A DNA stretch of 64,000 nt from Acutalibacteraceae bacterium (GTDB lineage: Bacteria > Bacillota > Clostridia > Oscillospirales > Acutalibacteraceae): positions 50,505 through 114,504 of the forward strand of contig JAZRYD010000018.1 of the NCBI GenBank assembly GCA_045600535.1, read 5' to 3'. The position numbers were made by a program, and so were the translations under genes. How positions within the stretch are numbered: position 1 is the stretch's first letter; each line of letters opens with the position of its first letter. Shown piece after piece: positions 52,931 to 60,733 of this stretch. Under the pieces are notes generated by a model. It saw only the letters and a program-made list of their open reading frames with translations. It did no database searches and was not told where the DNA came from.

Positions 52931-54643
52931 ATGATTAGTACGGATAATTTATGTATGAGCTGTATGCGCGAGATAGGCGATGCCAAAAAGTGTCCGCATT
53001 GCGGTTATCACACAGATTCGGCGCAGATTTCGCCTTATCTTCCTGTGCGCACCGTTATTGCCAACCGTTATCTTGTGGGCAAAATTCTTGAATATAACGG
53101 CGAGGGTGCAACCTATATCGGTTGGGATTTGCATGAGAGAAAACCGATAAAAATAAGAGAATTTATTCCGGATTCATTTACAATCAGAACTTCGTCCGAC
53201 CTTAATTTGCAGGTTATGGTCGGAAGCGAGAGCATATTTGCGGAGCTTCGCCAGAGCTTTGAGGAGCTGTGGACAAAGCTTGCAAGGCTCAAGGGGCTTT
53301 CGGCACTCATAAGCGTAAACGAAGTGGTTGAGGATTACGGAACATCGTATGCAATATATGACCACTTTGAGGAGGTATCGCTCAGAGATTTGCTTCTCAG
53401 AAGCAAAACGGGTTATCTTTCGTGGGAAAAGGCAAGGCAGCTCCTCATGCCGCTTCTTTCAACTCTCGGAACTCTTCATTCGGCGGGAATAATCCACAGA
53501 GGAATTTCTCCGTCAACGCTTATGGTGGACAGAGACGGCAAGGTAAGAATAACGGGCTTCTGCATCGGAGCGGCAAGAACCGCCAGAAGCGATTTAAACA
53601 GCCGCCTTTTTGACGGATATGCCGCCATTGAGCAGTACGGATTTGAGGGCCAGCAGGGAACATGGACCGATGTGTATGCGTTCACGGCGGTGCTTTACCG
53701 CACTCTTATCGGCAGTGACCCGGTATCTGCAAAGGAAAGAATGACAAATGACCGTCTTATGGTTCCCGGGAAATTTGCGGAAGCGCTTCCCGCCTATGTA
53801 ATAAACGGTCTTATAAACGGTTTGCAGATTCTGCCTGAAGACAGAACCAGAACCGTTGAACAGCTTCGTGCGGAGCTTTCGGCATCGCCTGCCGCAACGG
53901 CAGCAAGTGCGGAGCATCAGCCGAAGCCGAAGAAAAATCCCGCATCTTCTCCGAAAGACACAAAGCAGAGCGGTAAGCGCATCATCATTGCCACCGCCGC
54001 TGCTTGCGTGGCAGTAGGTCTTGCGATATTTACGGTTCTTGCATTCACCGTTTTAAAGGATTCGTTCCGTTTCGGAAAAGATTCGGAAAGCGGAATTTCA
54101 TCGGTTGTTGAGGGTGAACCCGTTCCCGTTCCCGATTTCAAGGGCAGAAGCTTTGTTGATATAAGCTCAAACCCCGTTTTCACAAAAAATTTCAGATTTG
54201 AGCAGGAGGAGGTTTTCAGCGACGAGGTTGCCGAGGGCTATGTTATAGACCAGAGCATCGCCGCAGAAACAACGGTTGCTCAGAATACATTGATAAAGCT
54301 CTATGTCAGCAAGGGAAAAGAAATAATCAGTCTGCCCGATGTTACGGGTCAGAATATTCTGATTGCGGAAAAGAGCCTTACTGACCTCGGATTTACCGTT
54401 GAAAGAATTGATACCGATGAGGGAACTCATGCCGACGGCGAGGTTATCCATATGGCTCCCATGGCAAATCAGAATTATGCAAGGGGAACAAAGGTATATC
54501 TGAGCGTTTATACCGTTCAGACCACCGTACCCGAAACGCAGGAAACGGAAACGCCTGCCGAAACCGAAACCGTTCAGCCCGTTGAGCCTGCTGCCGCTCC
54601 GGAAGAACCCGTTTCGGAAAGTGAAACCGTTCCCGAAGAATAA
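52931..54643 (+). CDS. Zn-ribbon / Ser-Thr pseudokinase / TM / PASTA domain protein
   Basis: CxxC...CxxC; kinase-like region with HRGISP, ITGFC, YAAIEQY, WTDVYA; TM; two PASTA repeats (VPDFKG, LPDVTG). Confidence 0.85.
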   Translation: MISTDNLCMSCMREIGDAKKCPHCGYHTDSAQISPYLPVRTVIANRYLVGKILEYNGEGATYIGWDLHERKPIKIREFIPDSFTIRTSSDLNLQVMVGSESIFAELRQSFEELWTKLARLKGLSALISVNEVVEDYGTSYAIYDHFEEVSLRDLLLRSKTGYLSWEKARQLLMPLLSTLGTLHSAGIIHRGISPSTLMVDRDGKVRITGFCIGAARTARSDLNSRLFDGYAAIEQYGFEGQQGTWTDVYAFTAVLYRTLIGSDPVSAKERMTNDRLMVPGKFAEALPAYVINGLINGLQILPEDRTRTVEQLRAELSASPAATAASAEHQPKPKKNPASSPKDTKQSGKRIIIATAAACVAVGLAIFTVLAFTVLKDSFRFGKDSESGISSVVEGEPVPVPDFKGRSFVDISSNPVFTKNFRFEQEEVFSDEVAEGYVIDQSIAAETTVAQNTLIKLYVSKGKEIISLPDVTGQNILIAEKSLTDLGFTVERIDTDEGTHADGEVIHMAPMANQNYARGTKVYLSVYTVQTTVPETQETETPAETETVQPVEPAAAPEEPVSESETVPEE

Positions 54644-54654
54644 CGGAGGATATT

Positions 54655-55605
54655 ATGGCAAAAATAATCGGTGAAAAAATAAAAAATATCCCCTGGCAGG
54701 ATAAGCCGAAGGGATACAGATACCCCGTGTGGAGATACACGGAAAATCCCATAATCACAAGAGATAATCTCTTTATGACAAACAGCATATTCAATTCCGC
54801 CGTTGTGCCTTACGGCGACGGCTTTGCCGGTGTTTTCAGAGCTGATTATATGTCGAGAGACCAGAGACTTGTGACCGGCTTCAGCAAAGATGCAATTCAT
54901 TGGGAGCTTGAAGAAAAGGTGATTTTTGAGGGCTATGACCCCCGTCTTTGCCTGATTGACGGAAAATATTATCTCTCATGGGTAAATCACACTCCGCACG
55001 GAACAACCATCGGGCTTGCTTATACCGAGAATTTCAAAAGCTGGGTTCAGCTTGAGGACGCCTGTTATCCCGTAGCGAGAAACGGCGTGCTGTTTCCGAG
55101 AAAAATAGGCGATGAATATATGCTGCTTATCCGCCCGTGCGATAAGGGTCACACGCCTTACGGAGATATTTATATTATCCGCAGCAAAGATTTGGAATAT
55201 TGGGGCAAAAACAGATTCGTTATGTCACCCGTTAAAAACTGGGAGATGACCAAGGTCGGCGCAGGCCCGACTCCGATTGAAACCGATGAGGGCTGGCTGC
55301 TTTTCTATCACGGAGTTATCACAAGCTGCAACGGCTTCACTTACAGTATGGGTGCGGCGATTCTCGATAAGAATGAGCCGTGGAAGGTACTTCACCGTGC
55401 GGACAGCTTTTTGCTTGCACCGCATGAATTATATGAGTGCTGCGGTGATGTGCCGAATGTTGTTTTCCCGTGCGCCGCTCTTGCAGACAGCGAAACGGGC
55501 AGAATCGCAATTTATTACGGCGCCGCCGATACCTCGGTTGCGCTGGCATTTACAACGGTTGACGAGGTTGTTGATTTTATAAAAAAGAACGATTTGATAA
55601 AATAA
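54655..55605 (+). CDS. GH130 beta-mannoside phosphorylase
   Basis: IFNSAVV, YDPR, RNGVLFPRKI, KVGAGP.PI, GDVPNVVFP, YYGAAD. Confidence 0.9.
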   Translation: MAKIIGEKIKNIPWQDKPKGYRYPVWRYTENPIITRDNLFMTNSIFNSAVVPYGDGFAGVFRADYMSRDQRLVTGFSKDAIHWELEEKVIFEGYDPRLCLIDGKYYLSWVNHTPHGTTIGLAYTENFKSWVQLEDACYPVARNGVLFPRKIGDEYMLLIRPCDKGHTPYGDIYIIRSKDLEYWGKNRFVMSPVKNWEMTKVGAGPTPIETDEGWLLFYHGVITSCNGFTYSMGAAILDKNEPWKVLHRADSFLLAPHELYECCGDVPNVVFPCAALADSETGRIAIYYGAADTSVALAFTTVDEVVDFIKKNDLIK

Positions 55606-55618
55606 TTTCAATTTTCTC

Positions 55619-55647
55619 TTGACAATCGGCAAATGGTTTGATATAAT
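55619..55647 (+). promoter_or_regulatory. tRNA promoter
   Basis: TTGACA-17-TATAAT. Confidence 0.8.
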
Positions 55648-55660
55648 TCCATTTGCAAAT

Positions 55661-55736
55661 GCGGATGTAGCTCATCTGGTAGAGCGCCACCTTGCCAAGG
55701 TGGAGGTAGCGAGTTCGAGCCTCGTCATCCGCTCCA
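55661..55736 (+). tRNA. tRNA-Gly(GCC)
   Basis: Cloverleaf GCGGATG/CATCCGC, anticodon loop TTGCCAA, GTTCGA T-loop, encoded CCA. Confidence 0.97.
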
Positions 55737-55772
55737 TTAAAAAAAGCAAGTCGAAAGACTTGCTTTTTTTAA
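55737..55772. terminator. Bidirectional terminator
   Basis: AAAAAAAGCAAGTC-gaaa-GACTTGCTTTTTTT. Confidence 0.9.
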
Positions 55773-55777
55773 TGAAA

Positions 55778-58700
55778 TTATTTCAATTTATAAACTCCGG
55801 TTGAAGCGCTTGCGATGAGCTTATTTCCGAAAAGTCCCGATTTGTTTTCGGCATAAACATAAATATATTTTGCCTCCGACGGTATTTTTGCTTTTGCGAG
55901 ATTGCCGTCGGTTTTGCATTTAACGCTTTTCCATTTGCTCTTAAGCTCAAACGGGGAATTTTCCTGATATTCAAGCGGTTCGGTGCGGTAATAGAGTCTT
56001 GCGGTAATACCATCTGCGGTTTGAGCCGGAGCAAACGAAACGGTTATTTCGCCGTTTGCAAGCTGAACCTTTGAAACGGTGAGAATATTTCCGTTAAGAC
56101 CGTTTTGAGCATTGGCATAATTCAGTATTCTGCCGTCAAAATCCACCGCATGACCGTGGGCAAGATTCGGAATAATCATACATTCGCCGTTTTTGCAGGC
56201 GGCGGCAGATGCGGTTGTGGCATCTGCGGAGAAGAATATATCGCTGTCGCCGTTGATGAACAGCACGGGCATATCAACTCTATCAAAGAGCATGGAGGCT
56301 TCCCAAGAATCCTTAATGCCGTCACGGTTTATCATATTTTTCCCCGAGAACAGCGCACTGCCCTTATCGAGAAATCCGCAGCCGTAAACGGGAACGGCAA
56401 ATTCAAATCTGTTATCATAGCCTATGACAACACTTGTTGCGTAGCCGCCCCAGGATATTCCGGTTATGCCGATTTGGTCTTTGTTCACTCTGCCGTCGGC
56501 ACGCATAATATTGTTTGCGAGAATTATATCCGAAATAAAATATGTGAACCATTGTTCATCGTAGGGCTTTCCCGCCGAAGAAAATTCGTCATAAGGTATG
56601 TGCGATTCGGGATTTACCGACCAGCCGTCATTCGAGAATTTGTCTTTATAATAACCGTCGGCAGGGTGCTGACCGAAGCCGTCAATCGCAATTGCGGCAT
56701 AGCCGTTATCCACCCAATATTTGACCCATTCCGCGAATGCGTGACCGTTTCCGCCGTGAACAAGCACCATTGCGGGCACTTTTTTATTCGGTGCGGCGTT
56801 TTTCGGGAAACCGATATACGCAAAGACCTTGTTTGAGTTCATATCGGTAAAATAAATTGCCTCAATATCATCACGGTCGGCATAGGGCTTTTTGGACTGC
56901 ACCGTTTCAAATGACGGATTGAATTTTTTAACCTCATCAAAAAGACTTGTAAGCTCATCGGTGTTTTGATTTGCACCGTCCGAAACAAAATCGGAGGGCT
57001 TGCCTGCTGATGCGGTATTTTCCGAAAATTCAATGTTTAATCCGAAAAGTGCTTTTATTTTTTCAATCATATTAAAAAACCAATCCTTAAGCTTGGTTTC
57101 GGAGCTAAGCTCATGCTGCTGAACCGTAACTGTATTTGTGCCGCCGTTATAAGGCGTTTTGCCTCCCGAAAGGCTCAGACCGATAACGGTATCGGGAAGC
57201 GTTCCGGCTTCGGAATAATCCCATTCCTTAAAGCCGAGCTTAAAAGCCGGACTGCTGTCGGAGAGTGTGAAATCACGGTTCGGGGCATCTTTAAATTCGG
57301 GATTCGCGAATACCGACCCGTTGAAATAACCGTTTCTGTTGGCGGATTCGCGGGTTACGGCATTGCCCGAAAGCGAATAGGTATCTTTAAAATATACATC
57401 TTTTCCGTTGGTCAAATCCCAGATGAGATTATCATATTCATTGAAATAACTGCTCTGTCCGAATGACATAAATGCGGGAACATGGCTGTCGGTGAGAATA
57501 ATGTTGTTATAATATGTTCCGCCGCTGTAAAAGCCGAGCGCCGACTGCGGAATATTCACGCACGACTGACCGCTGAATGCCGCAATATTGTTATACCATT
57601 TGCTGCAGGTTCCGAGCGTTGCGTTGAATGCGTAGCTGGAGCAGTCGAAAATAAGATTATTGTATATCTCCATTCTCGAAGAGCCTGCGTCGGTGTAAAT
57701 ACCGCTTCCCGCATAGCCGTCTGCGCTTGTGTCACAAACTATATCGTGAATAACATTGCCGCATACCTCAGAGCCTCTCTGACGGCCCAAAAGATATATT
57801 CCGCCGAGGTCGGACATCAGGCCCTTACCGATATTATATATAAGGTTATCGCGAATTTTGATATTATTTGTGATGTGTTCTCCGTAGAGCCATACCCAGC
57901 CGCAGGAAATGCCCGTATAAAAGCCGTCATGAATTTCGTTATTTGAAATTTCGCCGCTGTCGCAGAAGGTATAAAGTATTCCGCAGGCGCTGTTGAAATT
58001 CTCGCCGTATTCGCTTATATCACAGTTGGTGATAACCGTATTTTTCGGGCATTTACCATCGGCGTTGATTCCGCCGCAGATTACCGCACTTGCTCCGATA
58101 TTGCGGAAAAGACAGGAGTCAACTCTGACATTTTCGCATTTGCCGTTAACCGAAAGAGCGTGAACGCCGATATTTTTAAATTCGCAGTTCTGAAAAACAA
58201 TATTTTTGCCGTCCGAAACATCAACCGCCGCATTGACATCAACCGCCGCCTGCGGCAGGTCAATATCAACATCATCGGGAAACATATTCTGAGGCGCAAC
58301 CTTGGGTGCGTCCGTTCCTGCATAATCCCAACCCGAATTTTCAAATACTATGTTTTTAAATGTAAGATTTTCGGCGTTTGCAAGCGTGAGAAGCTCTGCC
58401 GAGCAGGAGGCGGTCAGCCTGATATTTGCCGTTGTTTCGCCGCTTTCCGGAACATATAAAATTCTGTCATTTGTGCTGTCATAACACCAGTCACCCGGAT
58501 TTCCGAGGGCTTCAACAACATTTTCAAGGCGCACGCGATTCCCGTTCTTAATGAACATCGTGGAGGCTTTTTTCATCGTAATTCTGCCGTTTTCGGCATT
58601 GAATGCCTTCATCGGACTCACTTCGTCGTGCCACTTATGAATAACTCTGACGGTAATATCGGAATAATCCGTTCTGCCTGCAAGTGCCTTTACGGCTTCC

Positions 58701-59125
58701 TTATCAACCATGAACGAATGCTGACCGACAGTTTCGGACCATGCGGTATTTTCGGTTGTCCATTCCGCGTCGTCATAGCATTCTTCGGTGACGGTTAAAT
58801 ATCCTTCGTACGGAATTGAAGCGGCGTGCAGCTTTCGGCTTTCTTTAAACAGAGCGGAAATTCTGCTGCCGTTTGCGGGAGCGGAAAATACGGTGATTCC
58901 GTTCAGCGTTGTTTCGCTCCAGCCCTCAACGGCATAATCACCTCTGACCACCGCAGTGCCGTCGGAAACAAAGGTTGTTCCAGAAGAATTTTGTCCGATT
59001 ATTTTTGCAAATTCGGCAGGAGTATAATTGCCGCTGAGCATAACGCTGTTATCGGCATAAGCCGCAGCAAAGGGGCAGGAAAAAATCATAATTAAAACCA
59101 TCAGCAGAGATAAAGCTTTTTTCAT
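55778..59125 (-). CDS. Secreted fusion: right-handed beta-helix glycan-active domain plus alpha/beta-hydrolase (acetylxylan esterase-like) domain
   Basis: Signal peptide; beta-helix repeats (YTGISCGW, SDLGGIY, GIYTDAGSS); C-terminal VLVHGG, GISWGG, PVYGCG. Confidence 0.78.
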   Translation of the reverse strand: MKKALSLLMVLIMIFSCPFAAAYADNSVMLSGNYTPAEFAKIIGQNSSGTTFVSDGTAVVRGDYAVEGWSETTLNGITVFSAPANGSRISALFKESRKLHAASIPYEGYLTVTEECYDDAEWTTENTAWSETVGQHSFMVDKEAVKALAGRTDYSDITVRVIHKWHDEVSPMKAFNAENGRITMKKASTMFIKNGNRVRLENVVEALGNPGDWCYDSTNDRILYVPESGETTANIRLTASCSAELLTLANAENLTFKNIVFENSGWDYAGTDAPKVAPQNMFPDDVDIDLPQAAVDVNAAVDVSDGKNIVFQNCEFKNIGVHALSVNGKCENVRVDSCLFRNIGASAVICGGINADGKCPKNTVITNCDISEYGENFNSACGILYTFCDSGEISNNEIHDGFYTGISCGWVWLYGEHITNNIKIRDNLIYNIGKGLMSDLGGIYLLGRQRGSEVCGNVIHDIVCDTSADGYAGSGIYTDAGSSRMEIYNNLIFDCSSYAFNATLGTCSKWYNNIAAFSGQSCVNIPQSALGFYSGGTYYNNIILTDSHVPAFMSFGQSSYFNEYDNLIWDLTNGKDVYFKDTYSLSGNAVTRESANRNGYFNGSVFANPEFKDAPNRDFTLSDSSPAFKLGFKEWDYSEAGTLPDTVIGLSLSGGKTPYNGGTNTVTVQQHELSSETKLKDWFFNMIEKIKALFGLNIEFSENTASAGKPSDFVSDGANQNTDELTSLFDEVKKFNPSFETVQSKKPYADRDDIEAIYFTDMNSNKVFAYIGFPKNAAPNKKVPAMVLVHGGNGHAFAEWVKYWVDNGYAAIAIDGFGQHPADGYYKDKFSNDGWSVNPESHIPYDEFSSAGKPYDEQWFTYFISDIILANNIMRADGRVNKDQIGITGISWGGYATSVVIGYDNRFEFAVPVYGCGFLDKGSALFSGKNMINRDGIKDSWEASMLFDRVDMPVLFINGDSDIFFSADATTASAAACKNGECMIIPNLAHGHAVDFDGRILNYANAQNGLNGNILTVSKVQLANGEITVSFAPAQTADGITARLYYRTEPLEYQENSPFELKSKWKSVKCKTDGNLAKAKIPSEAKYIYVYAENKSGLFGNKLIASASTGVYKLK

Positions 59126-59141
59126 ATATCTGTCCTCCGTT

Positions 59142-59175
59142 AAAAATTCCCGGATGCGAAATACACATTCGGGAA
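59142..59175 (-). terminator. Hairpin with U-tract between the sigma factor and the fusion gene
   Basis: TTCCCGAATG...CATCCGGGAATTTTT on the minus strand. Confidence 0.5.
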
Positions 59176-59652
59176 CTAAAAGAATTTTTTCATTTTTGAA
59201 AGAGCGGTTTTATGCATGGCTTTCACATAGGAATAGGATAATCCGATTTTCTCGGCAATCTCATTGAGCTTCATGCCGTTATAATAATGATATATAATAA
59301 TATCTCTTTCTTTGGTGTCAAGAGCTTCAAGAGCATCGGAAAGAGTTTCGAGCGTTTCATTGCTGCAAACATCGTCTTCAACAGCGTTTTCGTCCGTGTA
59401 GGCTTCGGGAATCTCACTCATTACGCGTCTTGTGCGGTAATAATCCGTTAAGGTGTTGCGGGCAATGCTGAATATCCAGGTTGAAATTGACGATTTGGTT
59501 TCGTCAAAGGTGTCAAGCTTCTGATATACCTTAAGGAACACTTCAGAGCATAAATCCTCTGCAATATATGTATCGTTTACCTGACCGAACATATAGCCAA
59601 GCACTTTTTTACTGTAATCTTCATATATCTTTGATTTTTCCGTTTCCGTCAT
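59176..59652 (-). CDS. ECF-type sigma-70 factor
   Basis: AEDL.SEVFLK, STWIFSIARN..TDYYR (region 2), EIAEKIG (region 4); start at 59652 or 59667. Confidence 0.9.
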   Translation of the reverse strand: MTETEKSKIYEDYSKKVLGYMFGQVNDTYIAEDLCSEVFLKVYQKLDTFDETKSSISTWIFSIARNTLTDYYRTRRVMSEIPEAYTDENAVEDDVCSNETLETLSDALEALDTKERDIIIYHYYNGMKLNEIAEKIGLSYSYVKAMHKTALSKMKKFF

Positions 59653-59773
59653 GTTCACGCTTTTCACCTCTTTTTTACTATATTACCACATTATTTTCAT
59701 TCATTCAACCGTTTTTAAATTTTTGTTGAAGTGAAATGCGGCAAGTGATATAATATATAGGGGAAGTGATTTT

Positions 59774-60223
59774 ATGTTTAATGAGGAAATTTATAAAAAA
59801 TTCGCAAAAAGCAGATTTTATAAGCTGTTCAGGCTTTACTGCGTTATCGGTGCGGCGGCGTTTGCCGTAATCGGACTTATTCTGCTTGCCTCGGCAAAAT
59901 ATATCGGCTCGGGAGTGTACGGAATACTGTGCATTGCCGCAGGAGCGCTCTGCATTTGCGTTCCGGTTATATTCATAATAAATGCAGTCGGAAAGCCTTT
60001 TCTCTGCGCCGAAGGAGAAATAACCGAAATAAAGAAAAAATCGGCGGTTGTTAAGGTTGACGGAAAAGAGATAAACGCTTCATCGTTTGAGCATTTTCTG
60101 AATAACAGTTCACTTAAAGACTATGCGGCAGGGGATAAGGTTATAATTTATTCTCACGATAAAAAGCTGACAAGACCGCTGTTTTATAAAATTCGGAATT
60201 TGGAATTCGGAATTCGGAATTAA
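59774..60223 (+). CDS. Small membrane protein of unknown function
   Basis: Two TM segments; TG-TATAAT promoter upstream; stop lies inside the heptamer repeat. Confidence 0.65.
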   Translation: MFNEEIYKKFAKSRFYKLFRLYCVIGAAAFAVIGLILLASAKYIGSGVYGILCIAAGALCICVPVIFIINAVGKPFLCAEGEITEIKKKSAVVKVDGKEINASSFEHFLNNSSLKDYAAGDKVIIYSHDKKLTRPLFYKIRNLEFGIRN

Positions 60224-60334
60224 GGGGCACTTCGTGCCGAATTTTATATTCGCCTTCCCCTTGAGGGGAAGGGGGACCGCTTGCGGTGGATGAGGTGAAT
60301 TTTATAAATTAGGAATTCCGAATTAAAAACTTCT
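60189..60334 (+). repeat. Composite intergenic repeat, copy 2
   Basis: AATTCGG heptamer run, hairpin GGCAC-ttc-GTGCC, 46-nt core identical to 17813-17858. Confidence 0.85.
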
Positions 60335-60376
60335 GATAAATTCAGCACGAAGTACACCGTATTTCCGCTCTCAATT

Positions 60377-60412
60377 AAAAACGGCTTGTGACGATTCGTC
60401 ACAAGCCGTTTT
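60377..60412. terminator. Terminator after rpsU (bidirectional)
   Basis: AAAACGGCTTGTGACG-att-CGTCACAAGCCGTTTT. Confidence 0.88.
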
Positions 60413-60429
60413 CGGTTGATTAAGTATAA

Positions 60430-60606
60430 TTATTTATACTTGCGCTTACGAGCAGCTTCGGATTTCTTCTTTCTCTTTACAGAGGGCTTCTCGTAATGTT
60501 CTCTTTTACGAACCTCCTGAATAACACCGTCTCTCGATGTCTGTCTCTTGAATCTTTTGAGAGCGTTTTCAAGGGACTCGCCTTCCTTAACTTTTACCTG
60601 ACTCAA
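60430..60606 (-). CDS. rpsU: 30S ribosomal protein S21
   Basis: [33 protein letters not shown]; TTG start after GGAGGG; TTGACA-18-TATAAT promoter at 60691-60662. Confidence 0.97.
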   Translation of the reverse strand: MSQVKVKEGESLENALKRFKRQTSRDGVIQEVRKREHYEKPSVKRKKKSEAARKRKYK

Positions 60607-60733
60607 TTTATTCCCTCCCCTCATTTTAATACAGGGACTAATATTTCATAGCTTAAATGGTATTATACAATAGTCGGGGTGCAATTGTCAACACCAATTT
60701 TAATTAAATTTTTGTGAATAACGAAAAATATTG

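Noticed and set aside
55720-60380. Genomic island integrated at tRNA-Gly
   Set aside because: No integrase; the only att-like echo (CCGCTC near 60365) is too short and degenerate
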